Source of the DNA: Rebecca billardiae RCC1528
Taxonomy: Eukaryota > Protista > Haptophyta
Direction: 5' to 3'
Assembly (NCBI GenBank): GCA_965240325.2
Contig: OZ251223.1
Location: forward strand, 4,278,001-4,342,000
DNA: 64,000 nt
Numbering within the stretch: position 1 is the stretch's first letter; every line of letters begins with the position of its first letter. Under the pieces are notes generated by a model that was given only the letters and a program-made list of their open reading frames with translations, had not been told where the DNA came from and did not search any database. Position numbers and translations under genes: made by a program. Below are positions 1 through 8,759 of the stretch, in pieces.

Positions 1-536
1 TGTGCGGCTGCTATGCGGCCACAGCGCGTCTGTCACGTGCGTGGCGCTCTCCGCAGACGGCCGCTTCTGCGCGTCCGGCTCTGCGGACCGCAGCGTGCGC
101 GTGTGGGACCTGGGCTCGGGGCGCGAGCTCTCGCGGCTCAGCGGGCACGACGGCTGCGTGTGGAGCGTCGCGTTCAGCCACGACACGCCCGGAGTGCTCG
201 CAACCGGCGGGGCGGACTGCACGGTCCGCATCTGGGTGTGTGCGCGCGCGCGCCCAACGAGCGCGCCCCGGAGCCCAGGCTGCGCGCGCGCGCGGCGCGG
301 CGCGTCGAGGCCGAGGACCCGCGCCCGCTGCGCTCGGCGCGCCTGCCGCGCAGGACGTGAACGCGGCGACGAGCGCGAGCGGCGCGCAGCAGCAGGCGTC
401 GAGCACCAAGCGGCCCGGCGCCGAGCCAGCCGCGGTGTGCACGCTGTTCACCAAGGAGACGCCCGTCGTGCGCACGCACTTCACGAGGCGCAACCTGCTG
501 TTTGCCGCCGGCTCCTACAGCCCGGTCGGCAGGTGA
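1..536 (+). CDS. TAF5: TFIID subunit TAF5-like WD40 protein, C-terminal part (5'-truncated by the window edge); exons ..235 and 354..536
   Basis: Two WD40 repeats (GHSASVTCVALSADGRFCASGSADRSVRVWD; GHDGCVWSVAFS...TVRIW|D). A GT-AG intron at 236..353 restores the final WD. The C-terminus TLFTKETPVVRTHFTRRNLLFAAGSYSP matches the TAF5 tail (TKSTPVVHLHFTRRNLVLAAGAYSP). Confidence 0.88.
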   Translation, partial: CGCYAATARLSRAWRSPQTAASARPALRTAACACGTWARGASSRGSAGTTAACGASRSATTRPECSQPAGRTARSASGCVRARAQRARPGAQAARARGAARRGRGPAPAALGAPAAQDVNAATSASGAQQQASSTKRPGAEPAAVCTLFTKETPVVRTHFTRRNLLFAAGSYSPVGR

Positions 537-1091
537 CGGGCGAGCGGACGCAGCCGACGGACGGCCGGGTCGGTGCGAGCCGCGTGGCCGCGATGCTGCG
601 GTCAATGCTGCGGTCAGAGCCGGGCCCCGCCAGGCCGACGCGCGGGAGTGCCTGTGGAGCGTCATACTCATCCTCATACCGTGAGTGCGGCTCTGGCCTC
701 TGGGCGCCGCAGCCCTTGACCGTCATCATGATCGCAAGCAGAAGGCAGGGCGGCGGAGAACTCATCCGCGGACACGCGGTGGCTCGTGCCAGACCTGCCT
801 GATATGCACTCAGTCGGAGTCCGAACGGCCGCCGGCGAGGCACGCTCGAGTCCGGGCCACTCCGAGGGGCGGTCCGGACATCACCGGAGCTGAACGAGTG
901 CGTTCTGATGCGTTGGCGGTGCAAACGGCTGCAGTCATTGTCAGCGTTCACGTTCGTGAGGAACCGGCCGGGGCGGTTGACACGAACGGAAAGCAGTGCC
1001 GCCAGCGCGGCAGGACCCACGTCCCACGCCACCGGTTTTAACGCTTCGCGGTTCGCAGCACGCCCGTCCACCTCGACAAGCCGACGCCGAC

Positions 1092-1901
1092 ATGAGCACG
1101 CTGAGCGACGTTGTGCGCATCGGTGCCGAGTCGAACGTGCTCGGCCGAGTGCAGCAGCCCAAACGACTCCGCGCGAGTGCCAGGCCGACGCCACGCGCCG
1201 TGAGCACGCGCACCGGCTTCTGCTGGGTCCGGCACGAGCGCTTTGCGCCCTTTGCCAGCACGTGGAAGCGGCGGTACCTCGTCCTCGACTTTGACCGGAG
1301 GATCCTGACCATCTACCGCGAGGACAAGACCACCTTCATCAACTTCCTCGACCTACGTCGCTGCAATCTCGCCGCCGTGTCCCGGCCGGGCGCCGAGCGC
1401 CGCGGCGCGTTCACCATCGCTGCGCCACTCTCAACGCGCACAATTGCTGCTGAGGACGAGGAGGTGTCCAAGGCGTGGCTCGCCGAGCTGATGCGCGCGA
1501 CAGCCGGCTCGTCGGTGCAGCCAGCCGAGGCACATACTGCGTCGGCTCGGCGCGCGCGCCGCGACATGTCGCGCGCCCAGCGGCGTGAGCGCGCGGCGCT
1601 GCTCGTGCAGGCGCGGTTCAGGCTGCACATGCGCCGCCGCCGCCAGCGCTTCGCAGCCAAGAACCTGGCTGATGCCAGCGCGGCTGGCCGAGAGCCCGTA
1701 ACGCCGGAACCTCTCGCGCCGGCAGAGGCCAAGCTCGCGGCTCGGCAGGCTCGGCGGCGGCTGGCAGCGCGTGCGGAGCTGGACGACGGGACGACTGCCG
1801 CTGATGCCGTGCGGCGCATGCAGCAAGCTGATGAGCCTGATTATGACGCCGAGGCTGCGCCGCGCCGCCCGCGCAAGGACGTCGTCACGATTGTCGGCTG
1901 A
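1092..1901 (+). CDS. PH-domain protein with an IQ-like motif
   Basis: PH signature RTGFCWVRHE...STWKRRYLVLDFDRRILTIYRED...FTIAAPLSTRTIAAEDEEVSKAWLAEL, and IQ-like ALLVQARFRLHMRRRR. ATG at 1092. Confidence 0.75.
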   Translation: MSTLSDVVRIGAESNVLGRVQQPKRLRASARPTPRAVSTRTGFCWVRHERFAPFASTWKRRYLVLDFDRRILTIYREDKTTFINFLDLRRCNLAAVSRPGAERRGAFTIAAPLSTRTIAAEDEEVSKAWLAELMRATAGSSVQPAEAHTASARRARRDMSRAQRRERAALLVQARFRLHMRRRRQRFAAKNLADASAAGREPVTPEPLAPAEAKLAARQARRRLAARAELDDGTTAADAVRRMQQADEPDYDAEAAPRRPRKDVVTIVG

Positions 1902-2088
1902 GTAGTAGTATGCGTGCCACTGCAATAATCACAGCAACGACTTCTTTTTTAAAGCGGCCGTTAGCGTGTCCAGCGGCCAGATTAATTTTCGAAAAATTAC
2001 TATGCGCTGCGCGCGCGCCCCTAGGGGGCGGCGCGCGCGCGCGGCTGGTCCCCCCTGCATGCCCGCACCGTCAGCTGCCTGATTGCCG

Positions 2089-4806
2089 CTACCCAGCCCC
2101 GCTACCGTCGCGCGCGACATCCGCGCCGTAAATCACCGTCACCGAGCGGTCCGGCGAGCGCGCCGCCATCAATTTGCTCCTGAGTGCCGAAAACTCCTTC
2201 TCCGGAAGCCCAGCCTCCTCGCGCAGGAGCTTGCGCGCCGTCATGCACTCCGCGATCAGGTCGATCGCGTCGGTCTCCGCCCTGCGCTGCCATTCGCGCT
2301 GCCGCTTGGCGTACTTCTTCAGCCAGAGCCGCCGCACCTTGTCGCCGAACTCCTCTGCCCACGTCGCAAGCGACACGCGGCGCACGAGCTGCGCGACCGT
2401 CGAGATGTGCGGCTCCGCCGTCGACTTCTTCCCCTCGGCGTACTCGCGGACGAATGAGTCGAGTGACTTGCGCGCGTGCACGAGCGGCATCGCACGCTTG
2501 GTCACCTGCACGAAATGCCCCTGCACCTGCTCGTCCGCGAGCTGCACGAGGCGCCCCCGCCGCCTGAGGCGAGACGCCGTCTGCGCCCGCCTCCGTGACC
2601 GCCCAGACGTTGAAGCGGAGCGGTGGGACGTTGTGCGAGCCCTGGCCGGCGAGGCTGGCGAGGCTGACGTAAGCGCCGGTGCACGCCACGATGGCCTTCT
2701 GCTCCTCCGCGTAGTCGGCCGCCTCGGCGCCGCCGCCAAAACCGCCGCCGGCCGCGCTGCCGCCTGCCGAGGCAGTGCTGCCACCGAGGCCGCGCTGCTG
2801 CGCGCCGCCGCCGGCCGCGCCGCCGCCGGCCGCGCCGCCACCAGCCGCACCACCACCCGCACTGTCAGCCGCGCGGCTGGCCGCGCCACATGCCGCGCCA
2901 CCGGCCACGCGGACGCCAGCACCGGCTGTGCCGCTAGCCACGCCGCTGCCACTGCCGGCCGCGCCGCCCACGCCGCCGCCCGCGCCCGCGCCCGCGCCCA
3001 CGTTGCCAGCCGCGCCCCCGGCCGCGCCCCCGGCCGCGCCGCCGGCCGCGCCACCGGCCGCGCGGACGCCAGCGCCAGCGGTGCCGCCAGCCACGCAGCT
3101 GCCGCTGCTGCTGCCACCAGTGCTGCTGCTGCCGCCCGCACCGGCCGCGCCGCCGCCGGCCGCGCCACCGCCGGCCGCGCCGCCGCCGGCCGCGCCGCCG
3201 CCGGCCGCGCCGCCGCCGGCCGCGCGATCGCGAGCGCTGTCAGCCGCGCCGCTGTCCGCGCCGCCGGCCGCACCTCCGGCCGCGCCTCCAGCCGCGCGGA
3301 CGCCAACGCCAGCTGTGCCGCCAGCCACGCCACTGCAGCTGCCGCCCGCGCCGCCCGCGCCGCCGCCAGCACCCGCGCCCGCGTTGCCAGCCGCGCCGCC
3401 GGCCGCGTCCGGCCGCGTCGCCGGGCGCACCGCCGCCTGGCGCGCAGTTGTCGGGCGTGCCGCCGTCGGGCGCGCCGCCACCGGGCCCGCCATCGCCCGC
3501 GCTGTCAGCCGCGCCGCCGGCCGCGCCGCAGGCCGCGCCACCGGCCGCGCGGACGCCAACGCCGGCTGTGTCGCCAGTCACGCCGCTGTCGCTGCAGCTG
3601 CCGCCGCTGCTGCCGGCCGCGCCGGCCGCGCGCGGCCGCGCCGCCGGCCGCGCCGCCGCCGGCAGTGCCGCCGCCGGCCGCGCCACCGCCCGCGCTGTCA
3701 GCCGCGCCGCTGGCCGCGCCGCCGGCCGCGCCACCGGCCGCACGGACGCCAGCGCCGACTGTGCCGCCAGCCACGCCGCTGCCGCTGCCGCTCGCGCCGG
3801 CCGCGCCGCCGCCCGTGCCCGCGGACGCGCCCGCGTTGCCAGCCGCGCCGCCCGCCGCGCCGCCGGCCGCGCCGCCGACCGCGCAACCGGCCGCGCGGAC
3901 TCCAGCGCCGGCGGCACCGCCAGCTACGCCGCTACCGCTGCCGCTGCCGCCGCTGCCGCCGGCCGCGCCGCCGGCCGCGTCGCCGGCCGCGCCGCCTGCA
4001 GCGCCGCCAGCCGCGCCGCCCTGCCGCGCTGGCCACGTGCAGCGGCGGCAGCTGGCGGCGCCGGTCGCGGTGGGAGCCGGCCGCTCCGGATCACGTCATT
4101 GATCCCGTCGGCGTCCGCACTCCATAGCTCGGGCATGTCCGAGTCCGGCCGCTCCGAGATGGCGATCGCCTCCGACGACGCGAGCGCAACACCCTCATAG
4201 TTGCGCACGATGGCGATCGTGGCCGCGCGCGAGTGCGCTGCGTTTGGCCCGTGTCCGCCGAGAGGAGGAGGACATGCGGCTGCCCGCGCGGGCGCGCGGA
4301 CTTGCCGTAGTGCTCCAAGCGATCCAGCACGGCGCCCACGGCCTGCGCCCACGGCCGCGCCGCCGACTCGCTGCCGATCATCATCACGCCCGCGCCCGCG
4401 TGCTCGCGATTGCGCAGCGCGCTCTCACGTGAGCCAGCCACCGGCGGCGGGATCGGGTGGCGCATGCCCAGGTTGAGCCACGTCGAGAACTCTCGGGCTG
4501 GCGCGAGCCCACGATGCTCAGTGTGCGGTCCTTCTCGCGCGCCTAGTGCACGACGCCCTCGTCGTCGAGCGAGGTGAAGGCATGCAAGACGAGCGCGTCT
4601 CACGAGAAGAGCCGCAGCTTGGCTACACGCAGCAGGTTGTTCTTCTTCCGCTGGGCCTTGATGGCGACGAGGCTGTTGACGCTGCGCTTGACCTCCGCCA
4701 GGTAGTTCTCGTTCGGCATGATCGAGTGGTCCACCTCGCTCGCGGCCTCGCGCGCGCGCAGCTTGAGCATCTCGTGCGGCTGAGCGCCGCGGCCATGCGC
4801 AGCCAT
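2089..4806 (-). pseudogene. Fragmented or frameshifted ORF inside the TIR element, with a central Gly/Ala-rich repeat expansion
   Basis: Protein-like segments fall in different minus-strand frames (HEMLKLRAREAASEVDHSIMPNENYLAEVKRSV; REFSTWLNLGMRHP; TIAIVRNYEGVAL; EAADYAEEQKAIVACTGAYVSL; KSLDSFVREYAEGKK...LWLKKYAKRQREWQRR). Unrecognised introns could also explain the frame changes. Confidence 0.45.
2740..4030. repeat. GC-rich compound tandem repeat (CCGGCCGCGCCG core; about 7 longer units)
   Basis: Recurring blocks GCTGTCAGCCGCGCC / CGTTGCCAGCCGCGCC ... GCGGACGCCAGCGCC ... GCCAGCCACGCC. Confidence 0.85.
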
Positions 4807-6787
4807 GCAGATGCGGCAGAGACGTGGCGCCCGATGCGTTAGGCACCTTTGCGATGCAGCTTGGGCTTCCTAGGCTTCGCGCAGGAACGCTTGCCCTTGC
4901 CCACGGTGAGCACAGCCGTCGCCATTGCTGCGCGCGGCGAGCGCGGTCCTGCGCGGCCGTGCCGGGCGCAGCCGCAGCAAGTTAGTCTGATGCAAATTCC
5001 CGGTCACCCATGCAAAAGTAAGCGTTCCCGCTGCGCATGTGCGTGCATCACGAGTAACCCGCCGCCTGAATAACAACTCCGCGCCCCTCCATACACTTCC
5101 TGCATCCCCGCGCGCAGCGGCGTGCGGGCGGGCGCGAATTCGCACCGTGTTACGAACAGACCTAGCAAAGTAGATCGGTGTGGCGCGTCGGGACGCGGAG
5201 CGGGTGCGGGGCAGGCGGGGGATAGGTTGGGGAACACCCGCGATTAGAGCACCGGTGGCGCAGCGGCGACGTGGACGCCGCCACACGCGCACGCACGGCG
5301 CGCGCTCGCACCGCGAGTCGAACGTCCGCTCGCCAAGCCCTGCGACGGCGTCCGTGCGACGCCGAGCGACGAACGCTCTCGGGATTTGGCCCGGACCACC
5401 AGATTCAGCCGTTAACGGCCGAAAATTCATTTGTTGGAGTTTCCTTAACGGCCGCTTTAAAAAAGAAATCGTTGCTGTGAATAACCATATTATTGCGCTG
5501 ACATGACATATCAGTCTCTGGCGCATGACGAAGTATCACACGCGGACGGGCTGCGCGCGGGCTCCGAATCAGTCGAGTCCGATAGTATATATAACTAAGG
5601 GCGATATAGAGAATACTGTGCGGCGGCCGCGACTGGCGAGAGTAGTGGCTAGAGTCCCGGCAGACAGACAGTCCAGAGCAGTTCATCTGATGCATATATA
5701 TATGTAATAAGGCGCCGTGATCATCATCCGTCCGTTGTCGTCGTTATCAACAGTATCGTGCTCGGCATGCATCACCGCCGTAGTGACAAACGACGACGAC
5801 CGGACGAGATGACAGTCCGAGAGTGTAATGATGCGCCGACGCAGCGCACTAGCTTATTACTATTACGATCCTGCTGGCTGTCATACAGGCATCAATCGCG
5901 GGCAATAAGGAGCTGTCACGTTAAGAAACTGGGGCTTGCTATCTGCGGATCTGGCGGCCTAGAAACTGACTACTAGTAGTACTAGTACTAGCGATTGGCT
6001 GGTTCGCTACACGCATAGCTTCACACTACTGTAAGAAACCGGGACTACGTCGACGCGGCTGACGAGTGGTCCGCCGAGGCGCAGTGCCCGTGGGACGCGG
6101 CGCGCGGCCCGACTACGAGTACAGGCCAAGTCCCGACTTCTCCTGATGACTGACTCCTGGCCAGTGCACCGCATCATCCATGCAACCTCATGCCAGATTG
6201 GCTCCAAAATGATGGCCCGCCACAATTGTTTTCTTCGGCCTCGCCGGCCGGGCAGCCCTAATAAATAAGACTTACAGCGGGGCGGGCTCTGCCCCCTGCG
6301 CCCCCCGCGCCTGCGCGGCGGGCGGACCTAGCGCGCTAAGAAACGGTACTGATGAGACTCCGTAGGGCTGCGCTCGGGCTCACCGAACGGCTAAGAAACC
6401 GACGAGACTAGCCGCCGTGCTGCTCATGAGTCATGTGAGATCTCTACTGACTTCTTATTGCTGCTGCCCCGTGCCGCCCGCGATTTGCCAATTGGCAATT
6501 GCCTGCTTGCGTGCCTACGTACCGTCTGAGCTGAGTGAGTCACTGAGTCACGACTGACACTGAGCAGTATAGCGTCGTGCGGGCTCGCCTCGGCCGTCAG
6601 ACCGTAGTAGCTATGAGTATGACGACCGACTACTAGTACCGCCTACTAAAGTGACGATCGACATATTCACATCATATATTTAGCCAGCCGTCTTACAGCC
6701 GAGTACGACAAGTCTCATGCTGCCCGCCGCCGGGCCTGTGATGGAAGCACTGCGCGAGCTGGTGAGTCCTGGTCCGAGTGATGCGCA

Positions 6788-7705
6788 TCAACGGTCGGCG
6801 CATGGCCATGCTGTGCCGATAGTTTTCCGAGTCACGATGCCAAGCTGGGCGGAGTGTGTCGGCGCATGTGCCATGTGCAGATCCAGCACATACGCCATGA
6901 AGCGGAGCGCCTCGTCGCGCACGTAGTCGGGCTCCGGCCCGTCCCGCTGGTTGACGATCGGCGCGACGACGGTTTCCTGCCACCAGGACAACTCGCCTGC
7001 GCAGCCGGGACACACAAAGTCGAGCATCTCCCAAAGCTGCTCGGGAGCGTTTGAGCACGGCGTCCCAGAGAGCATCAGCCTGCGGCGTGCTCGGCAACGG
7101 CTGATGCGCTCCCTGCGCAGCGTGCCAAGCCCGGCGCACTCGTGGGCCTCGTCGACGACGAGCAGGTCAATAAACCCGCCGCCCAGGCTGTCCCGCCCCG
7201 CAGCCTCGAAAGAGGGGTACAGACTCACATACGTGTCTGTGGCGATGAAGAGCCACTCTACGACGGCGCCGCCGATGAAGCCCGCGATGAACATCTCGGC
7301 GTGATCGGTGCCGTGACCGATGACAGCCGAGCGCTTCTCCGGAAACCAGCGGTGCGCGCGGTCAAGCCACGTCTCCGCCACGGCCGGCGGCACCACAAAG
7401 AGCGCTTTCCCCCCGACCTTGTAAGCAGCCGCGAGGGCAATGGGCGCCTTCCCGGAGTCCATGAGATCGGCCAGGAGGAAGCCATCGTTCGCGTCGATTG
7501 CTGTCAAGGCGAGCCGGACACCATCAGATTGATGCTCGTCGAGGAAGAGGACCTCCCCGACGAGCTCTCCGTCTCCTATGCGCACGCGGCCAGCGCGGGC
7601 GCGCACGCACAGATAGTCAGTGCGAGCACGACGGGAACGCCGTACAATACGCGAGGCGAGGCGGCGCAATGAACCGCGCGCCGATGGTGGAGGGCTCACC
7701 AGCAT
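6788..7705 (-). CDS. SNF2-family ATPase N-terminal lobe only (degenerate; possibly a pseudogene)
   Basis: LDEHQSDGV (Q-motif-like), GFLLADLMDSGKA (Walker A variant of ADEMGLGKT), LFVVPP, LLVVDEAH, RRLMLSGTPCSNAPEQLWEMLDFVCPG. It stops before any helicase-C domain. Confidence 0.7.
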   Translation of the reverse strand: MLVSPPPSARGSLRRLASRIVRRSRRARTDYLCVRARAGRVRIGDGELVGEVLFLDEHQSDGVRLALTAIDANDGFLLADLMDSGKAPIALAAAYKVGGKALFVVPPAVAETWLDRAHRWFPEKRSAVIGHGTDHAEMFIAGFIGGAVVEWLFIATDTYVSLYPSFEAAGRDSLGGGFIDLLVVDEAHECAGLGTLRRERISRCRARRRLMLSGTPCSNAPEQLWEMLDFVCPGCAGELSWWQETVVAPIVNQRDGPEPDYVRDEALRFMAYVLDLHMAHAPTHSAQLGIVTRKTIGTAWPCADR

Positions 7706-8030
7706 GCTCACAGAGCCCGCCCGCACCCTCAGACATGGCCGCAGGCACGCGTTCGGGACCGTCTCGGGCCTCTGAGGTTCCCGGCCGGCCGTCCGCCATT
7801 GCCCAAGCAAGCCCCCGAGCCCCCACAGGCGACGACAGCCGTGGCTGCCCAGCCGCAAGGGTGGTCCAGCCGGTGCGCGCGGCACTGCGGCCGCCGCCGG
7901 TGATCAAGAGCTGCACCCGGGTTGAACGGGGTGAGCTGGCTCAACGGCCCAGCGCCCATCGTTGGCTGGGAGGCGAGCACGCTGGGCGTACTCCCCACGG
8001 CCTTGTGCCTCGGGAGCGTCACGCGAAAGC

Positions 8031-8357
8031 ATGCGCGAGGGCCTTGCAACGACGATCGTCTTCCTCGTCCTCGTCATCGTCCAGTGGTCATTCGTGCTCC
8101 GCGCAGCCCACGTGATCCCGACGGACTCGGCGCACTGCGAGATGGAGAGGAGATGTCGCCTCAGCGGTGGACAGCGCTCGGCAGAAGCGCAATGCCGACG
8201 AGCGGGGCCCCTGGACGCGAGCCCAAACATCTGCCTCTCGCGCAAAGCCCGCTGGTGTCGCTCCTACCCGCACACGGACGAGTGCCGCGGCTTTGTCCAG
8301 ACTCGGAACAGCACGAATTGGGTGCGCTTCTACGAGCTGCAGGACGAGGGCCTTTGA
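8031..8357 (+). CDS. Small putative secreted or membrane-anchored cysteine-rich protein (108 aa)
   Basis: Hydrophobic N-terminus MREGLATTIVFLVLVIVQWSFVLRAA followed by a region with 6 Cys. Confidence 0.5.
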   Translation: MREGLATTIVFLVLVIVQWSFVLRAAHVIPTDSAHCEMERRCRLSGGQRSAEAQCRRAGPLDASPNICLSRKARWCRSYPHTDECRGFVQTRNSTNWVRFYELQDEGL

Positions 8358-8759
8358 GGGGGCGGGATGCTGGGCGATGCCTCCTGCACGGCGCCGTGCG
8401 TGCGTAGACGGGATGCCGCCGCCCGCTGTCTAGTCCGAGCAGTGAGCGTGGCGCAGTCCCGGCCGGAACCAGAAGGCAGAACAATGCGGTGCCGCGCCCC
8501 GGGCCCGGGATCGCCACGCGGCCGAGTCAGTGTGTGACGAGTTCGCACGCAACAGCATGCAGGCCGACACGGACCGCCGATCTCCGACGCATCTGATCGA
8601 GCACGACTTGATCTGACGATAGGATGCTGAACTGATGAGGATCATGCTGTATGTATGTATACATATTGCAAGCCTGCGCCGGCGCCGCGCACGCAATGTG
8701 AAATGTGAATGGCAGTCGTCCATATGCATACTGTATTCGGCGCGGTCCGAAGGGCTGCG

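Larger units (their letters stand above)
1930..5479. mobile_element. DNA transposon with 34-bp terminal inverted repeats (CACAG...CTGTG) and a 3-bp AAT TSD; CMC-like termini, probably non-autonomous or decayed
   Basis: 1930-1963 CACAGCAACGACTTCTTTTTTAAAGCGGCCGTTA matches the reverse complement of 5446-5479 with one mismatch. AAT lies at 1927-1929 and 5480-5482. A subterminal TAACGGCCG copy sits at 5413-5421. No transposase motif was recognised. Confidence 0.85.

Noticed and set aside
1930-1963. TIR as a RAG/Transib RSS-like signal (CACAG)
   Set aside because: The heptamer is CACAGCA, there is no properly oriented nonamer, and the TSD is 3 bp rather than 5 bp.
2740-4030. Possible CRISPR-like array
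   Set aside because: There are no unique spacers or cas genes; it is a degenerate tandem repeat in a eukaryotic context.
2174-4127. Plus-strand Pro/Ala-rich ORFs inside the TIR element
   Set aside because: The non-repetitive flanks look protein-like only on the minus strand.
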